A DNA stretch of 64,000 bases from Isurus oxyrinchus (Eukaryota): contig JANJGN010000034.1 in the NCBI GenBank assembly GCA_026770705.1, positions 5,456,001-5,520,000 on the forward strand. The letters run 5' to 3'. The translations under genes were made by a program, and so were the position numbers. Shown here in pieces: positions 41,020 to 54,461 of the stretch. Below the pieces are notes generated by a model. That model did no database searches and was not told the DNA's origin. It saw only the letters and a program-made list of their open reading frames with translations. Numbering within the stretch: the stretch's first letter is position 1; each line of letters begins with the position of its first letter.

Positions 41020-41680
41020 AACTAATGTTAAAGTTGAACGGGTGAATGTACTATCCTTAGACTATCGCAAGTCCCACACTAAAGATTATTGCGGACAATA
41101 AAAGCTCATGGTGTAGCGGGTGACATGTTGACATGGACAGAAGATTGGATCGTTAATAGGAAACAGGGAGTAACCATATGTGAACCCTTTTCGGGTTGGC
41201 AAGGTATAACGAGTGGCATTCCACAGGGATCAGTGCTGCAGCCTCAACCGTTTACAACAAATATATCTGAATGACTTGGATAGAGGGATGAATGGGATGG
41301 TTGACAAGTTCTCTTAGGACCCAAAGGTAGATCGGAAAGTAACTTAAGAAGAGGATATAAGGAAGATACAAAATGATATAGAAGGGTTAAGTAAGTAGGC
41401 AAGGAGCTGACAAATTGAGTGAAATGTATGAAAATATGAAAATGTCCATTTTGGCAGTAAAAAATGTTATGCAAGTTAATGTTATCTAAATGAGAAGAGT
41501 TTGCAGAGCTTTGAACTGCAGCGGGCCCTTGTTGCCTTAGTACATGAATCACAAAAGATTAGCATGCAGCTGCAGAGCGTAATTAGCAAAACCAACAAAA
41601 TGTCATCATTTATTGCAGGCGGAAGCTAATACGAAAGTTCACAATTAATGCTTCAGTTATACAGAGCAGTAATGAGACAA
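41020..41680 (+). mobile_element. CR1 LINE RT fragment
   Basis: ORF 41089-41274: WTEDW..NRKQGV..FSGWQGITSGIPQGSVL. Confidence 0.85.
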
Positions 41681-42519
41681 CCAAGTAACACCACTGCCCA
41701 AGTTGATGATTACTGGAGAACATTCTTGCCACTCTTGGCGTGCAGCAGTTGGTGAGGGAAGAAACAGAATGGAAATATTAAATGACCTCTTCTATCAAAA
41801 ATGTAATGCATAGATGCATATGCCCATCACAATATTGGCATTAGTGAACACATTTCACTAATTATTGAGAATAACTCTGTCTTCACATGAAGTTTATCTC
41901 CATCGTGATCTGTGGAATTATTGCAGTAATCAATTGCATACATTCAATATAAACTCAGCAGCTAAAATTCTGCAACTTAGTAGGTAGTATGGGGCATCGC
42001 CAACAGCAGAATTGCACTCAACACAAATATGTAATGCATGGCATGCTATGTCCCTCATCCTTTCTTTAACATAAAGAGCAGGTTAAAAAGACAAACCCCG
42101 TTCAATGTACATTCTGGGGAAACAAGACTGGATTAGTACCAAATGTACCTAAAATTGAAGATGCAACGTAATTAAGAAACAACACAAAACAAAACCTTGG
42201 AGAGTTTTTAACAGACAATTTAGCCGACGGCACAGCCGAATGATCAGATGAAAGCTTTGCAATCCTAGGGCATCCAATCCTAAATGGTGGTGCAGAAATA
42301 TAAAAGGAGGAGCCACAGATATCCTGGTGCTGTTTGATTCGTGCATTTCAGCGCTGCAGTGCTAATGGAAGTCCGAATACATTGCAACTGTTTAGCAGCT
42401 GATCTAACTCAGTGTCGTCCTGCATTGTCCCTATCATATATTCCTGCCTTCACTTTATGATATTCACCAAAAGCGATGCAAAGGAACACCTAAAGACAAT
42501 GGATAGAACAAAGACTATA

Positions 42520-45460
42520 CATATCTAGTGTCACGTTGTTGTCTTGTCAGTGGGATGCCAGAGATCCAGCGTTATGCCCTGGGTTTGAATCATACCGTAG
42601 CAGATGGTGGGAATTGCATTCGATTTAATTTTTTTGATAATGGTCATATTATAGATTTCCTTGAACAACAAGCATCTAGTTCGCTAATTCACTTTAGAGA
42701 AAGAATTTTGCCAACTTACATGACCTGAACTACATGTGACTCCTGGTCCGCTGTATTGTTGTTCACTCTTAAATCTAAACAAGTAATGAAACGGGGAGGC
42801 CACTCAGCATCGGCCAGACAGTGGTAACGACAGCGGAAAACCCAATGCTGCAAAGCCCGCCTTACTAACACCTGGAGACATGTGCCAAAATTGAAAAAGT
42901 TGCCTCACTGACTAGGCAAGCAAAGTCTGATCTAGTCATGCTCCTACGCATGGGCTGTGAAATCATGTCCCACAAAAGAACAGTTGGAGTGGCGCCACTA
43001 TGATATGAAGTCGGGAGGGATTTAGGAGTCATCAGCCTGGTGTCTGGTACCCAATATCGCTAATGCTGCACTAATCCGCCATTTTGAACACCAATTGGAG
43101 GAAGCACGAAGGGTGGCAAGATTTCGAGATGTAGTCTGGGTGGGGGAATTCGATGCCCATCACCACGAGGGCTTGTCAGCTCAATGGCAAACTATACTCA
43201 CCGAATCCTAAAGATCATAGCTGTCATACAGGATCTTTGGAATGTGGTTAGGGAACCAACATGTGGGGAGGAATATTGACTTAATTCTCAGCAATCTGTA
43301 TGCCACACATACCTCAATCAATTAAAGTATCGGCAGGGGTGACTATTGCAAAGTCGCTGCGGAGGCAAATTCCCGACTTTGCTTTTAGGATTATCTCGAC
43401 CATGTTATATGCCACTAATGGTGTATTCAACTAAACGTGGCAACAACAGATTGGACCAACATAAGTCGCTGTGGGCCAACAGCAGCAGCAGATTTGTACT
43501 CATCGCTTTCACTGTTGCTGTTCAGGCAGAGGATTAGCCCTGTTCAATGACGAATGCAGGAGGCTTTGCCAATAGCAGCACCAGGCATTACTTTAAATTG
43601 GGTGTTAAAGTTATGAAGCTGCAACACAGGGCTACATGCTTGCCGAACAGCATAAGCAGAAAGTGAGGACAGAGATGAATTATTACACAACCAATGGATC
43701 AGATCCAAGCTCTGTAATTTCTGCCACATTGAGCCACTAGAGGAGGAGGCTCCACAGATATCCCTATGTCTAGTGATGGAGGGGCCCAGGTAGGCAGTGC
43801 TAAAGATGAGGTTGATGCATTCGCAACAATCTTCAGCCAGAATGGCCGATTGGATGATTCACTTTAGCATCCTCCGGTGGTCCCATTCATCACAGATTCC
43901 AGTCTTCAGCCAATTGGATACATTCCACGGGATATCACGAAAAGGCTGAGGACCCTGGAGTTAGCAACGACTCTGACATTTTTCTGGAAATATTACAGAA
44001 GATGTGAGCTCCAAAACGTGCAACAACCTTTTCCAAACTATTCAAGCACACCAACAACGCTGACATGTTCCCAGCAATGCTGTAGCTTGTCAATTATTCA
44101 CTCTGGACTATAAAGGAGAACAAATCTAAGATGACAAATTAACGCTCCGTAAGTCTACTGTCCACCATCAGTAAAGTGTTGGAAGAGGTCATCAACATCA
44201 CTATCAAAGGGGCACATGCTTAGATATAACGTATTCATTGACGCTCGGTTTGCATTCCGCAAGGTTCAGACAGCTTCTGACCTCATTATAACCTTCCATG
44301 GAGCATGGTGAAAAGATCTGAACTCCAAAGGTTGGGTGAGAGTGACTGCCCTTCTCATCAAGACAGCATTTCACTCAATTTAACATCAAGGGGTTTTAGA
44401 ATACTTGTCAAATGGGAATCATGGGGAAATCTCTGCGCTGGTTGGAGTCATACCTAGCACAATGGAGGTTGATTGTGGTTAGTGGAGGTCATTCATCTCA
44501 CTTACAGAACATCGACTTAGCAGGTGCTCAGTGAAGTACCCTAGGCCCAACCACATTCAGCTTCTTCATCAATGACTTTCCTTCCATCATAACGTCAGTA
44601 AAGGGATTGGTCGCTGATGATTGCACAATGATCAACAAACCATTCAATACAATAATTAGGGTTGGACTGACAGGTGGATATTGACAGTCACACCACAAGT
44701 GCTAGGCAATGGCCTCCTCTAACAAAAAATGATCTAAACATCGTGATTTGACGTTCAATGGTGCTGCCATCACTGAATGTCCCTTTTTCAACTTTCTGCG
44801 GGCCAACACTGACCAGAAACGCAATTCAAATAGCTGAATACATGCTGTGGCTACAGGAACAAGTGAAGTGCTAGGAATCCTACGGCTAGTAGCGGACCTC
44901 CTGACACTGAAAAAACTCTCCACTGGCTACAAGCTGCAATTTATGCATGTGATGGAATACTCATCGCTTGCCAGGAAGAGTGCCGCTTCAAAAAAACTCA
45001 AGCTGCTTGATCGCATCCAGGACAAAGCCGCCCGCAAAATCTGCGCCCCTTCCACACACATTCACTCCCTGCAGCAACTACGTACGTTGGAATCAGTGTA
45101 TGCCTGTGCTAGATGTACTGCAGAATATCACCAAGGCTCCTTTGTTATTACCTTCTAAACGTACAGCTTCTACCTCCTGAAATGATAGGGGCAACAGGTG
45201 CATGGGACCACCAACACCTGACGGTTCCCCTCCAAGCCAGTCACGAATCTGTATTGGAAATATATTGCCTTTTCTTCAGTATCGCTCGGCTAAAACCTGG
45301 AACACCCTTCCTAAAACACTATAGGTGTGCATACTTCACAAGGACTGCAACCGTTCAAGAAGGCAGCTCACGACCACCTGCTCACATGCAAGTACCAATG
45401 GGCAATGTATGCTGGCCCAACCAGCAAAGCCCATATCTCGTAAATAAATTAATAAAAAAA
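42520..45460 (+). mobile_element. Near full-length degraded CR1/L2-group LINE with SINE-like 5' end
   Basis: Endonuclease remnant (gtctgggtgggggaattcgatgcccat = VWVGEFDAH), RT remnants (IKTAF, LGP..F.FFIND, ADD), 3' tail ending taaataaattaataaaaaaaa; many stops and frameshifts. Confidence 0.85.
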
Positions 45461-47324
45461 ATACTGACCACAGTGCAGCATTTCGCTGAATAATGGGTCC
45501 AAGTATTAGATTCTTCCTTAACACCTAGAAGCCAAATATCTACCCAGCCAGGTGGAAAATGCCGAAATATTCCCTGTCCAAAAAATGTGGACTTTAATTA
45601 AAAGAAACCAAGTTGGAAGGTGCCAGTAACAGTTCTATCAGTGCCACTTAAAAAAAAATAGGCTGTTGAACAATGCATACTTTGGATTCTGCCAACATTA
45701 TTTGGCTCCTGACATTGGTGCACCTTGTTTCAAAGATCCCAGCAGTACTCACGCCAAGCCATGGCGTGAGAGTGACACCCGTGATATCAACGTGGCATAA
45801 AATTTACCCTGGAAATTTGAAGCAAATTGGCTTTGTGACGCGGCGGGGGTGGGTGGGTGTCCACTTTTTGTCATTAGATCAAGCAGTAGTGGAGATGTTT
45901 GTGGTTTTTAGAATGTAATCGGATAAACCCAAAGACATTGGAGCATAAATTCTTCAGGGAAATTTTTCCCACCTAACCATTTTATTTTTCTTCATCAATG
46001 ACCTCCCTTCAATCATAAGGTCAAGCAGAATTGGGCATGTTCTGCTGATGATTGGACAGTATTCAGTCACAATTCCTCATTTGTGCTTTAAGGCAAAAAT
46101 GGCTTGAAAATACGCAGGCTTGGGCAATATTTGAATTGAAATTGTCGGCTATGCAAGGGGCAGGCAATAGGAATTTACAACAGGAGAAAATTTAATCATG
46201 TTCCATTGACAGTGAAAGGCATTGTCAACTCTGATTGCCTTACCAGATAAATGCTGGGGATGAGCTTCTTTATAGAGCTTAATTGACTAGCGATATAAAG
46301 GTTGTGGCTGTAAAATCGCGTCACACTCAGGAAACTATGCAATGAGTAATGCAAACCTAGGCTCCCAAAGCGTTTTCCCATGTCCAATGCACCGGTTAGA
46401 ATAGCGATGGACATTGCCTGCAAGGCTGCAACTCCATCATGACAGAATAAATATGACGGCATCCAGGATATAATGATGACAATAATAATAAAAACAATTA
46501 GCTCGATTCTTCAGAATCTTATGCATTCCTGGACCATGAATGCAAAATGACAGTTTGGCTTTCGGTAAAAATGATGCACTGCAGCATCTTATCACTTGAT
46601 ATTCGGCCGCAACTTCCATATCTGTATCATAAACCAGGTCGATAGGAAAACCCAGAAAGTCTACAGGAATACCAACGCACACAATGTACTCTTTAAAAAA
46701 AAACTACAGAGCATTCTGTTTTTGGGAAAAAAAATAGTTACATGCTTTTACACGTGACTGAGTCAAAATCGTGGAGGTTCTTTGCTAGCAGCACTCTAAC
46801 TGTGCATGCACCTGATGAACTGTAGTGTTTAAAGGTGGCTCACCATCACATTCTAAAGGGAAAATATGTTTGGCTGCCCTTGCCAGTGACGCTCATGTCC
46901 TGTGAAGGAACACATTTGAAACCGATAGTAAAGTTTTTCACGTAGGAAAAGCGCTTCCAATTTTATCTGCATACATCCTCCAAATTGGTTGAAAATATGT
47001 GGAAATTTTTGAGACGATTAGGCACCATGCAATCATAGATGTGTTTCTGTCGAATTACTGGTTTCTATTCCTGCAGCAAGCGTGAAGCGACCATACATTC
47101 GAGTGATTGGTCTAATTTTGCTATATGAATGATGATCGTATGAATTCCATGGAACGTGCCAGTGTCCACATCTCGCTCAAAAACACACTCAAAAATTTCT
47201 AACAAAATCAGGTCAAAGAAATGTTAATATTTCCCTTTGAAAGTCATTCGGTTAGGTCTGCATTATTCAAATGCATTTTCTGTGCTAAGTTTAAATTCTA
47301 CAATCTGTATTTATATGAACGCAG

Positions 47325-47351
47325 AAAGAAATTTGAAGAACAAACAAACAG
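47325..47351 (+). CDS. Gene B micro-exon (27 nt), ERNLKNKQT
   Basis: tatttatatgaacgcag|AAAGAAATTTGAAGAACAAACAAACAG|gtaaga. Confidence 0.8.
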
Positions 47352-49659
47352 GTAAGAAGTGAACAGGCAAATATATTTGGGAAGATCACTTAAGCTAAAC
47401 AAAATAAAATCAACAGCTCCGCCCGGTCTGACGCATGGAAATAGATGTATCACTGTTGAGGGGGCCATTTGGAAGTATGGATCTTGTTATTAATGAATAG
47501 TAAATTCGATTAAAAAAACAGACAGTTTTTGCTGAATCTCGCTATAAACCTCTGATTTGGCTACAGGTGGAGAATTGCTTCCAGCTCTGTAACCCACATC
47601 TTGTGAAGAATGTTCATGCTGTTGAGCGGGGGCAGAATTGATTTTGCGAAATGAGTCAAATAATGCGATACTTTAGCTGTAACGTTAATTACGCTAAGCT
47701 ATGCATGTGAACCTTAATTCAAGAACCGAACTTCAACGTTGTCAAACGCTATGGAACAAAGAAATTGCGTTATAAAAGTACCTTCTTGCAGTAAAGAATT
47801 ATTTCTATGTCAGCCACCTTGAGCTGTTAGCCAACATCCGTTTAGACTCCAAGATTATTCATTGCGCATGTCAACATGCTGAACAATATTTTTGCACTTG
47901 CACTCCAAATGCTTCTTTTTAACATTTATGTGACATGCAAAACATTTATAGTTCATTTTAATCATCTTTTTAACCTATGATGTTTAAAGGAGGGGGTTCG
48001 AATGGCAGTGGCACATCTCCGGAAGGTAACCACCTTTTTCAACTATATTCAATGCAGGGAATTTTCTTCAATAGGCAATATACAGCTTTTTAATTATTAC
48101 TGTCTATTTCATACTTAATTCTTCGGCTTTCTCCCTGTTTTTCCACCGGCAGAAAGTATGGCCCCACTTTTTTTATTGTCTCCAAGAATGACTGTGTGAA
48201 GGCTTTTCAAGTGGGTATAGAACAAATAGTGAAAACATATTCCACCAGTTATTTTGAAAGGACGTGGAACATGAAAAAAATTGTTGATAGCTTCCAGCCA
48301 ATTTGCGTTTGAAACCCTTCAACCATTCTACCTCCCTGACGGTCAGTGCATTTGAATTGCAATACATTATCCCTGGATGTGTAAAAAAAAAACAACTTAT
48401 TTAACCTCATGCAGCAAAATCAAATATCTCATCCAACAACTAAACTTCGTGCCCCAAGGCATTGAACCCTCCTCTCATGGGGAATGTCGCCATCGCCTGC
48501 CCCTCTATCGCATTTCCGATCAATCATCTTGGCCGCAAGATAAATATACAAGCCTGAACTCTGAGATCAAATTAATTATCGCTGCTAAGGTTTTAACATA
48601 TTTCCCCGCAACCGGACAAGGGCCATTACATCCTCCTATAAACATGAAGGCTGAACAAGATGCAATACGCTAATTTATGAATCCTTTTTGTTTTCTAAGC
48701 AGTATCTTCATATGCACTACCACTTTCAGGGATGTATGCACGTCAGCTCTCAGGATGTCTAACCATGTAATAATGGGGACATTTAACCAAACTGTTCTCT
48801 CCCTATTGCCTCTGCAGTAGTGCATCTAAATATAGCCATGGGATATCTGAAATTCTACCAGCCAATATATGTCCTCTGATAGTCGATTGTTACAACTTCC
48901 AGTGTCAGCCTCACCTGCAAATTTGAAGTCATTGCCAATTTTTGAAATCCCACTTGGTAGTCACAAACACAAGTGGTGCATCATGCCTAAACATATCACG
49001 CATGTCAGCACTGAACCTCGGCTAACACCAATGTTGAGAACATCAAATATGGGGCAAAACGACTTGCTGACATCTGCCTACAAAAAAAAAAAATTCGCTT
49101 GATATAAAACATTTTACTTAAATTGTAAAATGACCCTGACTGTCGAACAGTAACCGACTCCATTAAAAAAGACTCATGTGATATTTGCAAAAATAATGAT
49201 TTTAATCGACAGAGGAATAATCTGTCACGTTTTCTTAATCAAACTCTCTCTATTGCTTCAATGGGAACATCAATTGAAATAGTTTAATCAGGCCATGTAT
49301 GAATAATTTCGTATTTGCTGCTGTTAATTTACTCACATTTGCCAAATCTCTGACAAATTTACTCTAATCACTGTTAATAATTTTTTTCTGAAAACAAATT
49401 CTGCTGCTTCAAAACTGATCAGCTGTAGGTAGTAAGATTGTTCTTGGACACTTTTCTGATTGAGGTTCTCACATGAGCTGTTTGCAAATCCTCTTGCATG
49501 TTCTAGTATCCACACAATGTTGGAAGGTTATGGCAATTGCTTCCATTGCGGTGACCCACAGTTCTTAATCAAACTGAGATGCAAGCTATCGAGGCGGACC
49601 TCAGCATAGACAGAACTCCCACTGCACCCTCCTTGTTAGTTTTCATGCAATACATTACC

Positions 49660-49808
49660 TCAACCATCTATCTATTTGCCTGCCCATCTATCTATCTATC
49701 TAGTTACTTTTTTACCCATCACCTATCTATCCATCAATCTATGTATCTATCTATCTATTTCTCTATCTCTATGTCTACTTATCAATCTATCTATCTATCT
49801 TTCTCTTC

Positions 49809-49869
<61 letters not shown>

Positions 49870-49900
49870 ACTATCTACCTACCTATCTTCGTGTCTATCC
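49660..49900. repeat. (TCTA)n / GATA microsatellite with degenerate flanks
   Basis: Pure atct array at about 49809-49868; degenerate copies extend to about 50300. Confidence 0.95.
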
Positions 49901-51142
49901 ATCTGTATGTCTGTTTCTCTGTCAGTCCATCCGCACAGCTTTCGACATTTCCTTCTGACTATCGACCAACATTCATATAGATATCTAGCACTATTTCTCC
50001 ATCTATTTATCAATTCTATCCATGTACATATCTGCTATCTAAATGTCTATTATCAAACTGCCTCACGACTATTTATCTATCTGTTTACCAATATTTTATT
50101 GCTTAGTTTTTATCCGTATACTTTCTACCAAAATATCTCCCATCATTAACTTAACTATATATCTACTAATCTGCTATTTAGCCATCTATAACCTACATGC
50201 TTTGGGTCATTTCCTAACGCTACCAGCCCACCCAGCTTGATCTATTGATAAATTTATCCACAATTAGTGATCTGCCTATTCTCCCTATTTACCTCTATCA
50301 ATGGAGCGATCTCGCTAGAAAGTTGGTTTCATATACGTATTGATAATGACCCATATATCTAAATATCTGTCTGTATTAACCAAAGAAACAAATCAGTTTG
50401 ATTAATGGAAGGCTGAAACAGAAATCGGCAACGCTGAAATTCTGAACCAGTCTCAGAGGATCAGTGTGGAGAGAAGCAGTCTTCAAGTTTCACGTCCCGG
50501 AAATTATATTCCATTTGCAAAACAAAATCGTGAAATTTGACGTTTCTGCAATTGTATGCTGTGCGTGTATGATAGCGAAGAAGCATTTAAATGTTCACTT
50601 TCATTGATACCAATTCATCTGCCAAGCATGCAGAACATTGGCGACCAGCATAGGAGCAAACTGTAGGAAGACATAGATGGATGACTGGCAGCAGAAAAAA
50701 AATGGCAGTTTGAAAATGTGGCAGATATCTGAACGAGTCATATATTGGTAGGAAAACGCTGGTGATAAATTAAAATTTAAACGTTACTTTATAGACAAAT
50801 ATAAAAACAAGAAAGATGAACGTGGGGATGCATATACTCAAATTATTGAAAGGAGGAGAACAAGTCGATAAGTGGTTAAGAAATCAATGCAGCCTATCCA
50901 ACATTTAGCTTATTTTATTTTCTCTGAAAACTGTTCAATATAAGCACAAAAGTGAACTTCCTAATTTTTGTATATTCCACAGAAGCTGTAATCACGCTTT
51001 CTGTTACAATTCATTCATCTTCTATGGCCTAGTAATGATTGCTAACACGATGTTTGTTCATTTTTAGGTTAACTTTGAGGGGAATACTCGTTTCTTTGTC
51101 TTTGGATGTGTTTCCAAATCATTTGTGCTGGTTTAATTTCAG

Positions 51143-51169
51143 GACTTCAGGACCTCCTGGAAAAGACAA
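51143..51169 (+). CDS. Gene B micro-exon (27 nt), GLQDLLEKT
   Basis: ggtttaatttcag|GACTTCAGGACCTCCTGGAAAAGACAA|gtaagt; paralog of 1191-1217. Confidence 0.85.
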
Positions 51170-52109
51170 GTAAGTGGTAGCACTCAGTATCAAAATACGC
51201 AGCAACGAAACTCAAGGCCTTTGTTGGGTTTGGATTTAGGGAATGAAGTGAATCTTTCGCCATATGCAGAAAATTAACTGCTGTGTGACAGATGATATGT
51301 CTACTCAGTGAACTTTATTAGATAACGCCAATATGAGTTATAACTCAAGTAGTGCAACATAAATGATTACATAGATTCATACATACATAAATACACATTT
51401 ACATAGACCGCCATTATGCACTATCCAGCCAAATGTTGAAACATGGAAAAACATGTTTTGATGCTTTATCAAGCTGGTAACCTTTGAGATGAACGTTGAT
51501 GAACAGAAACATTTCGGCAGTACAAAACTTTAGGAAGCCAATAGATAGGAGTTTGGGTCTTGGCAGCTGTTGATACCATCGCCACTGGAAGAGCTACTAA
51601 TATTGCTAAAGTGCAATCATCTAGTAAATGCATGCTGGAGGAACAAGATGCGTTTTCTGGATGAAGCTGGACACCAAATTAAAAAGTCGGGGGCAAAATT
51701 AACTGATGGTTGAGTTTTTTTTTTAAATCATTACGTTGCAGTACCTGGAAGCGGGCTAGCCGACTGAACACAGTAATGGTTGGTAAGCAGTGACATCACC
51801 ACATTAGGGCGATTTCAATATTTTTTTATGGTGGTTAGATGATCGCTGATCAGTAGGAATGTTGGCGTAGACAAGGACAGAGAAAACAAAGCCATGATTA
51901 AGATTTCCAATCCGAGGGTGAGCTGCAGCAAGCGGCTGGAATGGTTTGATGAAACAACCATGATGCTCATTTTGGGGCCAAACTATATAATAGGCTTGCA
52001 CAGCACACAGTTCGGCCACACAGTTATTAGAGAAAGGAATGGAGTCCCTGCTGAGTGAATGGATTTGCTTCATGGAAAGACATCAATGGTGCTTCTCTCA
52101 AGATCTAGT

Positions 52110-53650
52110 TGAAACACATTTCTGCTTGTCCGCTACTGAAACCAAGGCAGCAACTTTGCAAATCTGAACCACTGACGTGTGAAAATGATCGTTGGTGGTG
52201 TCAGGCTGCGTGTGCTCAGCATACATATTGCATCTGCCAAGATCACCGATGAGGAGCTGGTGATGATCAACTGTAGCATGCTAAAAGCACAGATAATCCA
52301 TTTGGAAACACATGGAGCAACATTATTACACATCTTAATAAAAACAAAGAAAACTGCTGATGCTGGAAATCCAAAACAAAAACAGAATTACCTGGAAAAA
52401 CTCAGCAGGTCTGGCAGCATCGGCGGAGAAGAAAAGAGTTGACGTTTCGAGTCCTCATGACCCTTCGACAGTTCGACCTGCTGAGTTTTTCCAGGTAATT
52501 CTGTTTTTGTTTTTTATTATTACACATCTGATGTTTCAAAAGCTAAGTACTGTGAATCCTGGCTTTGTGAAATCAAAGTTGAACCAATATGAAATTCCCA
52601 GAACATGTGGCAGCATCTGTGAACATAGAAACTGAACTAACGTTTCATATCGATGGCATTCCACCGGCGTTTGAAAAATTTTGAAATATAATGGATGTTG
52701 GCACTTTTTGCGCTGGGAAACCAGATAAAGAACACATTTGATGGAGTGCACAGGAGGACAAATTGTAAGATGTTTTAGACTTGCTGGGCGTAAGGGGATG
52801 AGCATTTAACTTTATCTTAGGAAGGTAAGGCTGAACCAGTTATGGGAAATCCTAACCAACTGCACAACGAAGAAGGATTGCGTGGCCAAGCTCTGAAAAT
52901 GTTGCAGCCCAGTAGATGAATAGAGGAGATATAGTTCATCAGCGCATGCTTTGTCTTCTTTCTTTACATTTTGAGAAGTTCCGACAGGCCCTTTCCTCAA
53001 TGTAAAAGCAGCATAAAACTAATTCGAAGCATTGACGCATGAAGTTGCTCGAAAGATGGATATATATATGTGTGGTCAGAGTATTGTTAATGAATGATTT
53101 TATTCCGTGTTGTGTCCTCTGAAAATGCAATGCACTATGTGCAGCAGTTCTGAATCATAGTGTACTATATTGACTGTGAATTAGATGTAAAAAAACTACT
53201 TATGTAATTTTCAATCCAAACTCAAGGCCAACAGTTAGTTCCATAAGCCATTTGTTCTATGTCAAGTCAAACATTTCCAATCACTGGTGTAGGGCCATCG
53301 ATCTGAAACGGTAATTCAGTTTCTGTTTCCAGAGATGCTCTCAGAACTTCTGAGCATTCCTTGTTGGTTCAAATTCGATTTCACAAACCCAGGATTCACA
53401 GAATTTAGCTTTACAATCATCAGAAGTGGAATTATGTCGCTCTGTGGGTTTCCAAATGGATTATCTGTTCTATTAGCCTGCTCCAGTTCATCACCCAAAT
53501 GCAACTCGTTGGTGATCTTGGCAGATGCAATATGAACGCTAAGCACAGTCAACCCTAGGCCGCTCAGCGATCATTTCCTCCCTTTAATGCTTCTGATTTG
53601 CAAACCCGCTGCCTTAGTTACAGTAGCAGATAAGCAAAAACGTGCTTTGT
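52110..53650. repeat. Diverged long inverted repeat (arms about 52110-52670 and 53280-53650)
   Basis: e.g. catattgcatctgccaagatcacc (left) vs ggtgatcttggcagatgcaatatg (right); ORF track shows matching peptides on opposite strands (VLSIHIASAKITDE / VLSVHIASAKITNE). Confidence 0.85.
52336..52515. mobile_element. Young palindromic Penelope-terminus-derived insertion with 14-bp TSD
   Basis: Perfect 39-bp inverted arms 52373-52411 and 52475-52513; direct repeat ATTATTACACATCT at 52322-52335 and 52516-52529. Confidence 0.85.
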
Positions 53651-53726
53651 TTTAATATAACGTATCTTTTTTTTTAACAATGGTCTTACCGTGCTTAATG
53701 CATTGAACTCTGAATTGTTTTAACAG

Positions 53727-53753
53727 TGAAGAATTTGTTTGAGAAAGAGAAAG
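53727..53753 (+). CDS. Gene B micro-exon (27 nt), MKNLFEKEK
   Basis: aattgttttaacag|TGAAGAATTTGTTTGAGAAAGAGAAAG|gtaagc; paralog of 3259-3285. Confidence 0.85.
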
Positions 53754-54200
53754 GTAAGCCCGTTTGCTCATTCAGGTAGACAAACATCTTCAATATCATC
53801 AGGCATTTTGTTTATTATTTTAACTTTGTGTTATTGAAGTTGAGACCGTCATTTTAATAAATGTTGGCAGTCCAGAAAAGTTGCTGTTCACTTTCATCAA
53901 TGGAACAGATCGAAACACAAACGATAGCACAACATGCCAGGTTAACATTGAAAAAAAGAACTATATCAAACTATTCATTCCCATCAACTGAGTCATTCCA
54001 AAGCAGCCTACATTACATAGACTCTTTCCACGTGAGTACGTCTCAAAGCGCTTCATAGTCAATGTATTTTTCTTTAGTGTACATATAAAACTGGGAGACG
54101 AAATCTTGGGGAAATGGCAGGTGATATCAGCAGAATCGGCTCCCACAAAAAGGAGTCTAAGAATTACCATTTCATTTGATTACTACCCGATTTGTTTCAG

Positions 54201-54230
54201 ATGTGGACGTGTACTCTGCGAAATGTTTGG
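54201..54230 (+). CDS. Gene B micro-exon (30 nt), DVDVYSAKCL
   Basis: gatttgtttcag|ATGTGGACGTGTACTCTGCGAAATGTTTGG|gtatat; open in phase 1; donor moderate. Confidence 0.6.
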
Positions 54231-54415
54231 GTATATATCAAGCGTGCATATTGTTAGCTCCTGTTTTACCTCATAGGAGGAAGGCCCACATTGCGAGCAA
54301 CCCATATTCATTAAATTTGACTTGAAACAGTCGTTCCAAGCAGCCCCAACATTCCCTCATAGATAGGTCCGCAAACACACACGCACGCAATCATATGCAG
54401 AAGTACACGTACACC

Positions 54416-54417
<2 letters not shown>

Positions 54418-54460
<43 letters not shown>

Positions 54461-54461
54461 C
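54418..54461. repeat. (CA)n microsatellite
   Basis: acacacac.. run with one cg interruption. Confidence 0.95.

Noticed and set aside
49579-49980. Repetitive SIYL-type ORFs
   Set aside because: Translation of the (TCTA)n microsatellite.
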